In this document: positions 24,905 to 38,071 of the stretch, piece after piece | Numbering within the stretch: position 1 is the stretch's first letter | Layout: each line of letters starts with the position of its first letter | DNA from: Octopus vulgaris | Taxonomy: Eukaryota | DNA length: 64,000 nucleotides | Reading direction: 5' to 3' | Assembly: GCA_951406725.2 (NCBI GenBank) | Contig: OX597831.1 | Location: forward strand, 35,836,001-35,900,000 | The notes under the pieces: generated by a model | What the model was told of the DNA's origin: nothing | Seen by the model: the letters and a program-made list of their open reading frames with translations, nothing else | Database searches by the model: none | Translations under genes and position numbers: made by a program

Positions 24905-25880
24905 TGCATGTATGTATGTATGTATGTATGTATGTATGTATGTATGTATGTATGTATGTATGTATGTATGTATGTATGTATGTATGTATGTATGTATGTA
25001 TGTATGTATGTATGAATGTGTATATGTGGCTGTCTGTCTGTATGTATATATTTATATGTGTATGTTGTGAGTATGTATGCATGTATGTGTGTGTATGTAT
25101 GTATGCATGTATGTGTGTGTATGTATGTATGTATGTATGTATGTATGTATGTATGTATGTATGTATGTATGGGTGTGTGTATGTATGTATGTATGTATGT
25201 ATGTATTATGTAATGTATGTATGTATGTATGTGTATATGTGTCTGTCTGTATGTATATATTTATTTGTGTATGCTGTGAGTATGTATGTTTGTGTATGTA
25301 TCCATGTATGTGTGTGTATGTATGTATGCATGTACGTGTGTGTATGTATGTATGCATGATTGTATATGCACTCATGTATGAATGTATATATGTGGGTGTG
25401 TGTATATATATATATCTATATGTGTATGCTGTATGTATGTTCGTGTATGTATGCATGTGTGTGTGTGTATGTATTTTGTATACATATTCATGTATTAGTG
25501 TGCATATGTAGGTGTACGTTTGTATGTATGTATGTATGTATATATGTATGCATGCATGTATGTATAAATGTGTATGTGTCCTGTATGTATGTATGCTTGT
25601 ATAAATGTGCATGTGGCTGTGTGTATGCTTGTATATGTATTCATGTATGAATGTGTGTATGTAGGTGTAAGTATGTATATATGTATGTATACTATGTGTA
25701 TGCATTATTTGTGTATGTATGTATGCACGCATGTATATATGTGTATGTTTGTGTGTGTGCATATGTATGTTTGTATATGGATTCATGTATATATGAACGT
25801 GTATATGTATATATGTATATATGTGTATGCATGTTTGTGTATGTATGTGTTTATGTATAAATGTGTATGTAAGAATGTTC
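24905..25880. repeat. (TATG)n/(TG)n degenerate microsatellite of about 1 kb
   Basis: Directly visible. Confidence 0.95.
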
Positions 25881-26089
25881 ATGTGTGGTTGTGTTTATTT
25901 GCATAATATGAATGTAGTGGGTGGGGTGGGGCGGATGTCTGTACATGTGTTTGTCTAATTTTACATAATGACAGTATTCTGATTAAAAGAAATAAGAAAA
26001 CAAAAAAAAAACCCCAAAAGAACGAATAAAATCAGGTAAACAACACATACATACTCTCACATACTCACATAGATATATGTACAGATGCC

Positions 26090-26752
26090 CATCTATCACT
26101 ACCACCACCACCAACACGAACACCAATACCACCACCAACACCAACACCAACACCCACCAACACCACCAACACCACCAATACCGCTGCCGCTGTTGCCAAT
26201 ACCGCCCCGCCATCTCATCAGTCTTCATCATTGTCATCGTCACCACCACCACCACCATCACCACCGCCACCATTATCATCATCATCATCATTGCCATCTT
26301 CCTCGTCCTCCTCCTCCTCCTCCTCCTCCTCCTCCTCCTCCTCCACCACATCATCATCAATACTACTAACGCCTGCAGCAGTACTATAACCACCACAGAA
26401 CACCCTACCAACACCATCCTCCTCTGCTTCCTTCTCCTTCTCCTCCTCCTCCTCCTCCTCATCATCATCCTCCTCATCCTCATCACTGGCATAGAAATAA
26501 AGAAAATGACACTGGTAAAAAGTCTGGTTATATAAACATTTTTGTTTTAATATTTCTGATACACACACACACACACACACACACACGTACAAACACATGC
26601 ATTGGCATACAGTCACCAACATCATCATCATCATCACCGTCTTCACCACATACACTGGCAACACTTCAGTAAATCACATCACCAAAGAGAGAGTTCTATG
26701 ATGTTTTTAATAATGCCTCATCACCACCACCACCACCACCATCACCACCACC

Positions 26753-26786
<34 letters not shown>

Positions 26787-27280
26787 TCGTCGTCGTTATC
26801 AATCATCATCATCATCATCATCAACATCATCATCATCCTCATCATCATCATCATCATCATAATCTCCACCATCATCATCGTCATCATCATTGTTATTGCT
26901 GTTGTATCATTGTCTACGCCATCAATATTATCATCACCATCATTATTGTTGTTATTGCCATTATCATCATCATCATCATTATCATTGTTATCTTTGTCAT
27001 CAACATCATCATCATCATCATCACCAACACCTTCTTTGTAATCATTGCCATCATCATTATCTTTGTCATCATCATCACCGTCTACTTCATTGCTATCATC
27101 ATCATCATTTTAATCAATGTCGTCATCATGATGACAATGATGACCACCACCATCACCCCCCCAACACCACCTCCTCCTCCCCCCACCACCTTCACCATCT
27201 TCACCACCACCATCACCACCTTCACCACATTTACCACCATTACCACCACCAGCACCACCACCTCCACCACCATCACCACC
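26090..27280. repeat. (CAC)n/(CAT)n/(CTC)n trinucleotide low-complexity tract
   Basis: Directly visible; gives poly-H/T/P/S ORFs in several frames. Confidence 0.9.
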
Positions 27281-27420
27281 AAAGTAGTGTTCTATGTTTT
27301 TATACGATGCATCAGACACACACACATATGTGTATGTGTGTGTGTGTGTATGTGTGCGTGTCTGATGCATTATAAAAACCATTCTTTGTATAAGTTTTAT
27401 ATGTACATATACATATACAT

Positions 27421-27478
<58 letters not shown>

Positions 27479-27589
27479 GATATATACATACATAAATATA
27501 TATATATAGATATACATATACATACACACACACATATAGATATATATATACATACACATCTATATGTGTGTGTTGTGGCCAATGACAGT

Positions 27590-28100
27590 ACTGCCTTTCT
27601 GGTTCCCATGCTGGTGGCATGTAAAAAGCACCCACTACACTCTCAGAATGGTCGGCGTTAGGAAGGGCATCCAGCTGTAGAAACATTGCTAGATCAGTTT
27701 GGAGCCTGGTGTGGCCTCCTCGCTTGCCAGTCCTCAGTCAAACCGTCCAACCCATGCCAGCATGGAAAACGTTAAACGATGATGACGATGATAATACACA
27801 CACACACAAATACATGTACATCATCATCATCATCATCGTTTAACGTTCGTTCTCCATGCTAGCATGGGTTGGACGGTTCGACCGGGGATCTGGGAAGCCA
27901 GAAGGCTGCACCAGGCTCCAGTCTTATCTGGCAATGTTTCTACAGCTGGATGCCCTTCCTAATGTCAACCACTCCGTGAGTGTAGTGGGTGCTTTTTGCG
28001 TGTCACCCACACAGGTGCCAGGCGAGGCTGGCAACGGCCACGGTCGGATTGGTGCATTTTACGTGCCACCGGCACAGAAGCCAGTTGAGGCGGCGCTGCG
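27590..28100. mobile_element. Tail-to-tail inverted pair of family E repeats (approx. 27590-27792 plus; 27820-28100 minus)
   Basis: AAACCGTCCAACCCATGCCAGCATGGA..GTTAAACGATGATG faces CATCATCGTTTAACGTT..CCATGCTAGCATGGGTTGGACGGTT. Confidence 0.85.
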
Positions 28101-28889
28101 CTATATAATCAAATAAACCCTACATAGAGGTGCAAGTGGGGGTATACTCGGTGGGGGGGATAGTCAAGTAAGACAGGGGTAGAAACTTCCGGTATTGGTG
28201 GAGGGGGTGGGAGGGCGGGCGAACCTCGAAGCAACGAGTTTGAATATAATTCGTAGGAACATGTACATATATATATAAAGAAATGAAAGACAGAAGATGG
28301 AATATACTAGAAAATGTACACGCATGCATGCTTACGTATATCATATACATTAGCAATCATAATCATAATCATCATCATCATCATCATTTTCATCAATGAC
28401 AGCAATAGCTAAAACTACTCACATTATAAAAAGCATAGCTGAATGATGTTTTTTTTTTTTTCATTTCATTTCTTTTTCTTTTTTTTTTTTTTTTGCTTTT
28501 AGTTTTTATTCTTTTTAAGCAGATCGCAGTATTTATTTATTTATAAACTGTCTGGAATGTATTGTTATCCATTTTGGCAAAACTCTCCAGAATTTTAATT
28601 CTGTTCTTCGAATTATGAAACAAGCGTGGGAAACTACAATAACGGAAAACAGAAAGGAAAACTGCAGGAAAAATATATCTTTTCTGTTTTTTTCCTTTCA
28701 TGTATTATTCGTTTTATTCTTTTACTCTTTCACTTGTTTCAGTCATTTGACTGTGGCCATGCTGGAGCACTGCCTTTATGGATTGTCAGCTAAAGAAATT
28801 GACCCCAGCACTTATTCTTTGTAAGCCTAGTACTTGTTTGATTGATTATCAACTGATGGTGGTGGTGGTGGAATGAAGACAGACACAAA

Positions 28890-28926
<37 letters not shown>

Positions 28927-28937
<11 letters not shown>

Positions 28938-29315
28938 TATCAAAATAAAAATTCAAATGGAAATTGTAGTTAAGACACCTATGCTGGTGACAAGTAAAAA
29001 AGCACCGTCCGAACATGGCAGATGCCAGCGCTGCCTGGCTGGCGTCTGTCGGTGACATGTAAAAGCACCAACTGATCGTGGCCGTTTGCCAGCCTGCTCT
29101 GGCCCCTGTGCCGGTGGCACATAAAAAGCACCCACTACACTCACAGAGTGGTTGGCGTTAGGAAGGGCATCCAGCTGTAGAAACACTGCCAAATCAGACA
29201 AGAGCCTGGTGCAGCCTCCATGGTTTCCAGACCCTAGTCGAACCGTCCAACTCATGCTAGCATGGAAACCGGACGTTAAATGATGATGATGAGGATGATG
29301 CTGATGATGATGATA
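28927..29315 (+). mobile_element. Longer family E copy with three GGTGRCAYRTAAAAGCACC-like subunits, nested in a family B SINE (approx. 28720-29493, minus)
   Basis: Repeated GGTGACAAGTAAAAAAGCACC, GGTGACATGTAAAAGCACC and GGTGGCACATAAAAAGCACC. SINE B halves lie on either side. Confidence 0.8.
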
Positions 29316-29571
29316 TATATACACTTATATATATGACAAGCTCTTTTCAGTTTCCGTTTACCAAATCCACTCGCAAGGCTTTGGTTGGGCCAAGTCTATA
29401 ATGAAAGACACTTCCCCTGAGTTGTCATGCAGTGGGACTGAACCTGGAACCATGTGGTTAGGAAACAAGCTTCTTTCCATACAGTCATGCCTATTTAAAA
29501 AAATAAGATAAAAATATTAAATAAAAAACACGAGCAAGATACATTTTCACATAAATCTTTTATGAGTCGCT

Positions 29572-29949
29572 TTATTACCTCTGCCTTAGTGAAAGCGGAA
29601 GTATTCTTTTCAGTCATGTTCATTTGTTTGTTTGTCCATAGACAAGATATATCTCAAGAATCGCTGGATGTATTCGGATGAAACTTTCAGGGATGTTTGG
29701 CCTTGTGACTGGCACACACTGATTAGATTTTGGGATCGATCTGGTACTGGACAAAGATTCTGTATTATTTTCCCAGTTTTTTTTTTACTTAATTTTTGAT
29801 AGCAGTCAGCTTCATTTTTCATATTCTCATTTGTGAGAGCAGTCGAGTTTATTTCAGATATTCTCATTTTAAAAATCATCTCTGGCTAATAGTTGAGGGA
29901 ATACTTCTGTTGCCTTGGAAGAGGTTTGCGCTCTCTGAGTACTCTTGTT
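29572..29949 (+). mobile_element. Helentron-associated non-autonomous element (HINE/DINE-1-like)
   Basis: TTATTACCTCTGCC 5' end, GTTT/GTCC microsatellite, subterminal inverted CCTTGGAAGAGGT and 3' hairpin GCGCTCTCTGAGTAC before TCTTGTT. Confidence 0.7.
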
Positions 29950-29971
29950 ATTACTATTATTATTATTATTA

Positions 29972-30529
29972 TTGAGTGAGAGAGTAGTGCATGCCATGAA
30001 AGTGACACTAGGGTAAAATATATGAAGCCCAGTATACCCATCATGACTACCCGTCTGATAAGGGTACACCAGGCACATGCATCACAACCATATGTGTGCG
30101 ACATGGTGATCTTATATCAAGAAAAACAGCACATGACCTTGCAGGTGGGGGCCCAGTTAGAATTTTCTTCTGGTCGAGTAGCCCATCCCTCTCAAAAGGT
30201 CCCTGAATAAGGATTGTTTAAGGATGTTGAACGAGCCACTCATGTTTCCAGAGGTGAATTATTCAAACTCTAAAGAATCTCTCTCAACACATGGCTATGA
30301 TGCTCCCCCACTACTTCTGCTTGTAATCAGAGATGCACATATTGTTAGCCACCAAGGGACATGTTCAACTGGTTAAGGTCAAAGAACTGACAAGCAAATC
30401 AGTGGTATTGAGCAGAATATTTGCTGTAGCCCATCTTTTTTACTAAGACAAAAGAATGTACATGATAACACTGCCAATCAGTTAAGATCAAAAGCCATGA
30501 GAGCCACTGCCTGGTACTGCATCAAGACA

Positions 30530-30530
<1 letters not shown>
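29972..30530 (+). mobile_element. Repeat family F inserted in (ATT)n
   Basis: (ATT)n on both sides; inverted near-identical copy at 36115-36556. Confidence 0.85.
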
Positions 30531-30555
<25 letters not shown>

Positions 30556-30564
<9 letters not shown>

Positions 30565-30896
30565 CCGTCTTCATTAGGTGAAGGTATTGTTTTCAGTTTG
30601 TTTTTTTGTTTGTCCATGAACAAGATATCTCAAGGCATGCTGGATGTTTGGCCTCATAACTGGCACACACTGATTAGATTTTGGAATCGATCTGGTACCG
30701 GATTAAGATTCTGGATTAATTTTCCTGTTTTTTTATTTAATTTTTGAGAGCGGTCAGGTTCATTTTTCATATTCTCATTTGGAGAGCAGTCAAGGTTATT
30801 TCAAATATTCTCATTTTAAAAATCATCTCCGGTTAATCGTTGAGAGGACTTTGGTGTCACCTTGGCAGAGGTTTGCTCTCTATGCGTAGTCTTGTT
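30556..30896 (+). mobile_element. Second HINE-like copy
   Basis: Collinear with 29572-29949; ends CCTTGGCAGAGGTTTGCTCTC...CTTGTT. Confidence 0.7.
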
Positions 30897-31386
30897 ATAT
30901 TATTGTTTTACTGATTCCATTCATTGGGTTGTGACCATGCTGTAGCACTATTTTAAAATGTTTTCATTTGATGTTTATTTTATTGATCTTGTAGAATACA
31001 AAACATATCAATAAATAAATTAACAAATGAGGTAAAGTCAACCTTGGCCTAAAGGGATGAAGCTTGTGTGGAAACAAATAACCATAGCAAACTTATCAAC
31101 CTTACTGCCATGCCTTCGTTTTGGGATCATAGGGAGCATCTTTTGCCTTATGAAATAATTGTTAAAATAAATAAGAGAAGAAGAAACAGGATTACTAACA
31201 AATTAAATGTGATTGTCTGGTTAGAAGTTTGCTTCCCAACCACATGGTTCTTGGTTCAGTCCCACAGTGAGGTACTTTGGGCAAGTGCCTTCTGTTATAG
31301 ATTCAAGCTGACCAAAGTCTTTTGAGTGGATTTGCTGGACGAAAACTAATGGAAACCTGTCATATATATATATATATATATATATA

Positions 31387-31745
31387 CATGATCTGATCAA
31401 TAAGTATCTGGGATGTTGTCATAGTAACGAAGCCAAAGCATGCAGAGTGAAGCTGCTTGACATATATTGACCTTGAATTCTGCTGTGCATGTGCACTAAG
31501 TTTTAACATTCTTACTCACTTCTGCTGTTTACAGCAATACTTGGAAGGAAGGTGTGTAGCGTGTGAGCATAGCATTGACTATGACAGAAAGTTGCGCAGA
31601 GAATCTTTATCAAATTTTGTTAAATGCTTGGTGATACCTGCTCAGAAGCCTATGCAATGTTTCCAAAATGTTTTCATCATTGTCGACAAAATCAACGAGA
31701 TTTGTGCAACTGAAACCCGAGTGTCTTTTTGGCCAGTGACCCAAT
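31387..31745 (+). mobile_element. Mariner 5' fragment followed by an inverted internal transposase segment
   Basis: Plus strand QRIFIKFC*MLGDTCSEAY resembles a mariner N-terminus. The adjacent minus strand QKDTRVSVAQ/LVDFVDNDENILETL resembles the region preceding the catalytic TGDE motif. Confidence 0.6.
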
Positions 31746-32109
31746 TTTTATGCAGTTCTGCATATCCAGTGCTCTGGAATGAGGCACTTAGCCCAGTGTG
31801 CTTACAATTCTTGCCACATCGCTGCTGTAAGGAACAGTAAATTATGTTGAGCCTAGGAACTTGTGTGGTTCTTTGAGCAATTCTGTATATGAGGTGCTTA
31901 CTTTCAAAACAGGTGTAAGTGCATATTTGATCGGTTTCATGACAACCATTAAAACACAATCTGCAAGCTGCTGGCTTCACACACATGGAATTTATTTCAG
32001 TCAAACTGGGAATGGATGCCATATAAACAGTAGGCAAATCTTAGTATTCCAATCAAAATAATATAGTCAAGTTGTTGAATTCAAGCCATTCCCATGCATA
32101 TTTCTGGTT

Positions 32110-32512
32110 TAATGGCTTTGTGGTAGGTAGCTTGCTTATGAACCACATGGTTCCGGGTTCAGTCTCACTGCATGGCACCTTGGGCAAGTGTCTTCTACTA
32201 TAGGTTCAGGCCGACCAAAGCCTTGTGAGTGGATTTGGTAGACGGAAACTGAAAGAAGCCTATCATATATAAGTATATATATATATGTATGTGTGTGTAT
32301 ATGTTTGTGATTCTGTGTTTGTCCCCCCCCCCCACATCACTTGACAACCGATGCTGGTGTGTTTACATCCCCGTAACTTAGCGGTTCGGCAAAAGAGACC
32401 TATAGAATAAGTACTAGGCTTACAATGAATAAGTCCTGGGGTCGATTTGCTCGACTAAAAGGCGGTGATCCAGCATGACTACAGTCAAATGACAGAAGCA
32501 AGCAAAAGAGTA
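32110..32512 (+). mobile_element. SINE family B, full length
   Basis: Family match throughout. Confidence 0.9.
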
Positions 32513-33850
32513 TATGCAGGCATAGCTATGTGGTAAGAAGTCAGCTTGCTTCCCAAACACATGGTTCTTGGTTCTATTCTATTGCATCGAAATGATATAT
32601 TCAAGTTGTTTCCTCAATTACTCAAAAGTCATTCCGATGCATATATCTGAAGACAAAGTCGACCTCGGCAAGGTTTGAACTCAGAATGAAAATTAAAGTA
32701 GCTAAAGTCCACAGAGAATTTCTTTTTTCAGACAGTCTCGTGTTACTCTGCCGATACACTGCCTTTGACTCTTTAAATATTGTCAAGGAAAACGCATTCC
32801 ATCAGATCGATTTTCTGAAAACTAGTTTCATACGTGTAAGAATGTGAATTGATAGGTTGATAGGTAGTCTGTTCTATGTACTTGGAATAGAAATAATCGC
32901 TGCATTAGAAGTCTTGAGGCAAATTCGAAATCATCTAATTCCTCTTTGATTTGTGGTCAGAAATTTACTCAAGAGAGAAATCAAGGCTGGTTAATGCCAA
33001 AGAATATTATGAAATTTCAAAGGGCAAAAATAGACGAATGAACTTTTATAAAAGAACAATGAGCATAGATTCAGTGATTCTTTCAATGATTTTGGAAGAG
33101 CATATGTGAAAAGAAATTTGGCAGCATCAAATGTAATAAAACCAATTTTCACTACCATGGAAATAGCATCCCCAAAAGAGAAACCAATAGAAGAGCTGGT
33201 GATTTCATTAGTTTGCACGATGTTCAATACATGATTTTTCAAGCAAGTTTCAGTCACAGAAATGATAGCCATGTTAATGTACCATTGATGATAATCCAAA
33301 TTCTTCCATTCCATGAATGAATGTTTGCATTGGTACACATACATATAAGAAAAACGGAAAATTTATTGACTGGCAGAAAGACGGGAAATTCAAAAGCTGG
33401 GTATTTTGATTGTGTGAAGTGAATGAGAAGGAAGGTAAAAAAAAAAAAAAACAGAATAGAAAAGAAAAAAATCACGTATTATCAAAAGTTAAGTGACAAT
33501 ATGTTTGTAAATAGTGAAGGAACAATTTAAAACTTACTATTGGTTTTAGCAAAGTGCACGTTGTTGTTTAGAATAGACCGATTCAAATAAGAAAGTCGCT
33601 GCACCAGATGCCACCGGAACCATTGAAAACGGAACACAAATAAGAAATTAGAATATTTTATAAACTGATGAGAAATAGCAAGTTATGGTGACATAAAATA
33701 AAACCTACTTCTGCTCAAAATAACAAAAAAGAAAAAAAAAATTTACTTGTCTTTTCAAAGACAACCTGAGGTTTGGGGCTGCCTATTCAAAACAGCACGT
33801 AAATGCGCATATATCCAAATCTGTATATCTTGACTGAGATACATAGAGGA

Positions 33851-33869
33851 AATAATAATAATAATAATG

Positions 33870-33931
<62 letters not shown>

Positions 33932-34045
33932 AAGAAGAAGAAGAAGCAGCAGCAGCAGCAGCAGCAGAAGAAGAAGAAGAAGAAGAAGAAGAAGAAAAAG
34001 AAGAAGAAGAAGAAGAAAAAGAAAAAGAAGAAGAACAACAACTAC
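33851..34045. repeat. (AAT)n-(AAG)n-(CAG)n-(AAG)n compound microsatellite
   Basis: Directly visible. Confidence 0.95.
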
Positions 34046-34232
34046 AAGGTTAAGAAGATGAAGAAAAATAGGAAAATAAAGAGGAGAAAAAATACAAGAA
34101 ATAAGGAAGAAATAAATAAATTTCAATACAACTATTCAAATACAAATATTGGTATATCTATTTATCTATCTATACATACATACATACATGCATACATACA
34201 TAAGTATGACTCACATACATATATAAATACAC

Positions 34233-34310
<78 letters not shown>

Positions 34311-34701
34311 ATATATATATATATAAGTACATATATACATATATATATATACATGTGTGTTTTATACATACATTTATGCATATATGTATGTATATGTATA
34401 CATGAATGTATGAATAAAACACACACGCGCATGTATTATTTAGAGGTAATATTGACAAATCTATTTTCTACCGTATGTTTGAAATTCTTTAAATTCCGTA
34501 CCGCATTTCCCATAAAGTTAATCATAGCTCTAACTAAATTAATTTAATTTGAATTTCTGATTTAATTTATCTTGAATTATTGAGCCCTGGCGTGTTAAAT
34601 TCTTCATTTCTTAAATGAATTAACACGCATATGTAAAGTACATGTGTGTCTATTTATTAAACGTACATACGTACATATATACATACGTATATGAATATAC
34701 A

Positions 34702-34774
<73 letters not shown>

Positions 34775-34955
34775 AAACACATGCATATATCTGTATGCAC
34801 GTATATTGTATAAAATGAGAACTCACAAGCACTCACATGAAAATCTAGGGGAACCTTTCGAATCAAAGTTTATTTGCTCAATTAGAAGAGTGAGATTGAA
34901 AATTATGATTTACATGTTTACTAGTCTCTTAACAAATAATTAAAATTCTCTCTAA

Positions 34956-35568
34956 ATTTCAAGAAAATTTTGTGCATAACAAAAATTTGTATGAAATTAT
35001 TGTTACTTTTTATTATAGATTTGTCTAACAATACTATTAATACAAAATAGGTACTAATACTTTATCTAAATCATTTACAAACCACGAAATGACAAACACA
35101 TTTTTCATAGATTTGAATGCTTAGCTTTACGTAGACCCTATATAACATTTAAGGATCACAAATCTAATTTCGTTTTTAATTCAACTTGCGTTTTAATAAA
35201 TCCAAACCAGAAGTTAATTAGGTATAGTTAGTTAAAGAAGCGTAGATGCATAAGAGTCATTAAAAAATAATTTCTAAAAATGTCAACATTTCAAGAAAAA
35301 ATCTGATGACCAAAGAACAATTTGTATAAAATTAGCATTAATATTTATTGTAGGTTTTTGTCTAACAGAATTTTTAATACACACAAAAATAACTAATAAT
35401 ATTACATTTCATTACATTGATTTAGAAATGCAAATAACTACCAAATGTGAACTAAGATAAAATGTTTAGGTTTACGTAAACCTTATATTACATTCAAAGG
35501 CCAGACACTAAATTTCTTTGTTAATCAAAATTGTAAATAATACCAAATAAAAAATATAGATATAGTTA
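34956..35568 (+). repeat. Old AT-rich tandem duplication with a unit of about 330 bp
   Basis: ATTTCAAGAAAA, AATTTGTAT.AAATTA, TTTGTCTAACA, TTTACGTA.ACC.TATAT.ACATT and TATAGTTA recur in the same order about 330 bp apart. Confidence 0.7.
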
Positions 35569-35633
35569 TTAAAATAACTATAAAAACTTAACTTTAAACG
35601 AGCAATCTTTACGGAATATATATATTCTACTAG

Positions 35634-35853
35634 TGAAGGCACATGGCATAGTGGTTAGGGCATTCGGCTCACAATCGTAAGGTCATGAGTTCAATTCCCA
35701 GTGACACGTTATATCCTTGAGCAAGACACTTTATTTCATGTTGCTCCAATCCACTCAGCAGGCAAAAATGAGGAATACCTGTATTTCAAAGGGCCAGCCT
35801 TGTCACACTCTCTGTCACGCTGAATCTCCCTGAGAACTACGTTGAGGGTGCAC
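35634..35853 (+). mobile_element. Chimeric SINE: family C-like tRNA head joined to a family D body
   Basis: CTTGAGCAAGACACTTTATTTCATGTTGCTCCA (family C) then TACCTGTATTTCAAAGGGCCAGCCTTGTCACACTC (family D). Confidence 0.75.
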
Positions 35854-36114
35854 CTTTAATTTTAACCTCAGATGTGTTAACACATTACTTACCACAAATG
35901 CCTTGGCTTAGGAACAGGGGTGCAAGCACACCCGCTAAAATGCTTTTTTTTTTGCAGGGTCAATAAAAATGCTCTTAACTCCCCCTTGAGAAGCTTCATC
36001 GCCACAACAAAGGAGCATAGAAACATTTTTGGACTGATTTGAAACATTACTTTCCTATTACAGAATTTATCTGATTGGGTTGCTGTACAACAACAACAAC
36101 AACAATAATAATAG

Positions 36115-36659
<545 letters not shown>

Positions 36660-37604
36660 GTATTGGTTTGTTTACATTCCTGTAACTTAGCAGCTCAGTG
36701 AAAACACAGATAAAATAAATAGCAAAATCAAAAATAAGTACTGAGGTCAATTTAGAAAATTACTATCTTTAAATTACTCAACGTGAGATATTCAGCAACA
36801 GTACTTTGTAGTATAGATTGTTTGTCTCCCCCCACCATCGCTTGACAATTTAGCCCCAGGAGACGAGGTCTTCTTGGGCTAAATTACAGCAACATTAGTC
36901 CTAAACCAGGACTGCCATGTTATGTTCGCAAACAATCTTTACTATAATGTCGATTTGTTGACCTAAATCTTCAAACATAGCCATTATCTAATGACCAAAC
37001 ACAGAAAATGATAAAGGTCTTATAACAAATATTTGTTTATTTCGATTCTAAACAGAACTTATTTCATTTCTATTATCGTATGTGCATCGGTACTGTGAAA
37101 CGCACATTTTTGATATGTGCAGTTTCAGCATAAAACATATTTCATTACAATTCATTATATTGAGTTCATTTTACCTCAGATTGTTTACACAGATGCGTGT
37201 GTCTTACACACGCATGCGTATACGCTTCCACACACACACACATATATTCGAGAATCGCATTGGCCAAGTCATATCCACCACCGAGAGATAAGGCAAAACG
37301 TTAATAAAAAAGACATAAGCAAATAAGGCACGGAAGATTAATATAGAAAATAATAATGCTAAGATAAACCGACTAACTGATAAGAGTGAATATACAAAGT
37401 ATTATACACACACTGCCAAATATACATGCACCCCATACACATACACACAAACACACACACTCATACAAAATATATGGAGAGCACATACCCTCACGTATAC
37501 ATACACTCATAGCCACCTATCTCTCTACCTACCCACACATGTGTGCACGTGTGCGTGTGTATTCAAGTAATGGGTTCTATTTTTCCCATTTGTTTTACAA
37601 AACC

Positions 37605-37659
<55 letters not shown>

Positions 37660-38071
37660 TTAATATTAATAATAATAATAAGAAGAAGAAGTGAAACAAA
37701 AGACTGAGACCTCGATATTAGGTAAATAGAAGGATATGCATATGTATATGCATGCATGCACATACATACATATGTATACATGTGAGTGTGTATAGATATG
37801 TATGTGTGTGTGTGTGTATAAGAAAATATGTCTATCTGGGTATCATTTAGCACTTCAGTATATTAAGAATCCTCTTTCTGGTCTCTTTTCATCTCCCGTT
37901 TTCTGTCTCTCAAAGTGATTGTATGCCAGTCAACAGTCACAATATAAACTCTGATGACGATGACGTGTATCTGAGAATTAAAGCAGTAATAATATTGTGA
38001 CGTAATGTGTTCATATAGATATATACATGAATAAATTACGTCATTATATATATATATATATATATATATAT

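Noticed and set aside
26218-26664. Acidic poly-E/D ORF and His-rich ORFs at 26602-27375
   Set aside because: Trinucleotide low-complexity DNA interrupted by (CA)n, with no splice or domain evidence.
32991-33344. 117-aa ORF containing IISVTETCL, reminiscent of a LINE APE endonuclease motif
   Set aside because: Only one short motif, with no other APE motifs found. Insufficient for a call.
33660-33680. CTGATGAGAAA and other isolated CTGANGA words (e.g. 1817, 35303, 37951)
   Set aside because: No stem II, GAAA and stem I context.
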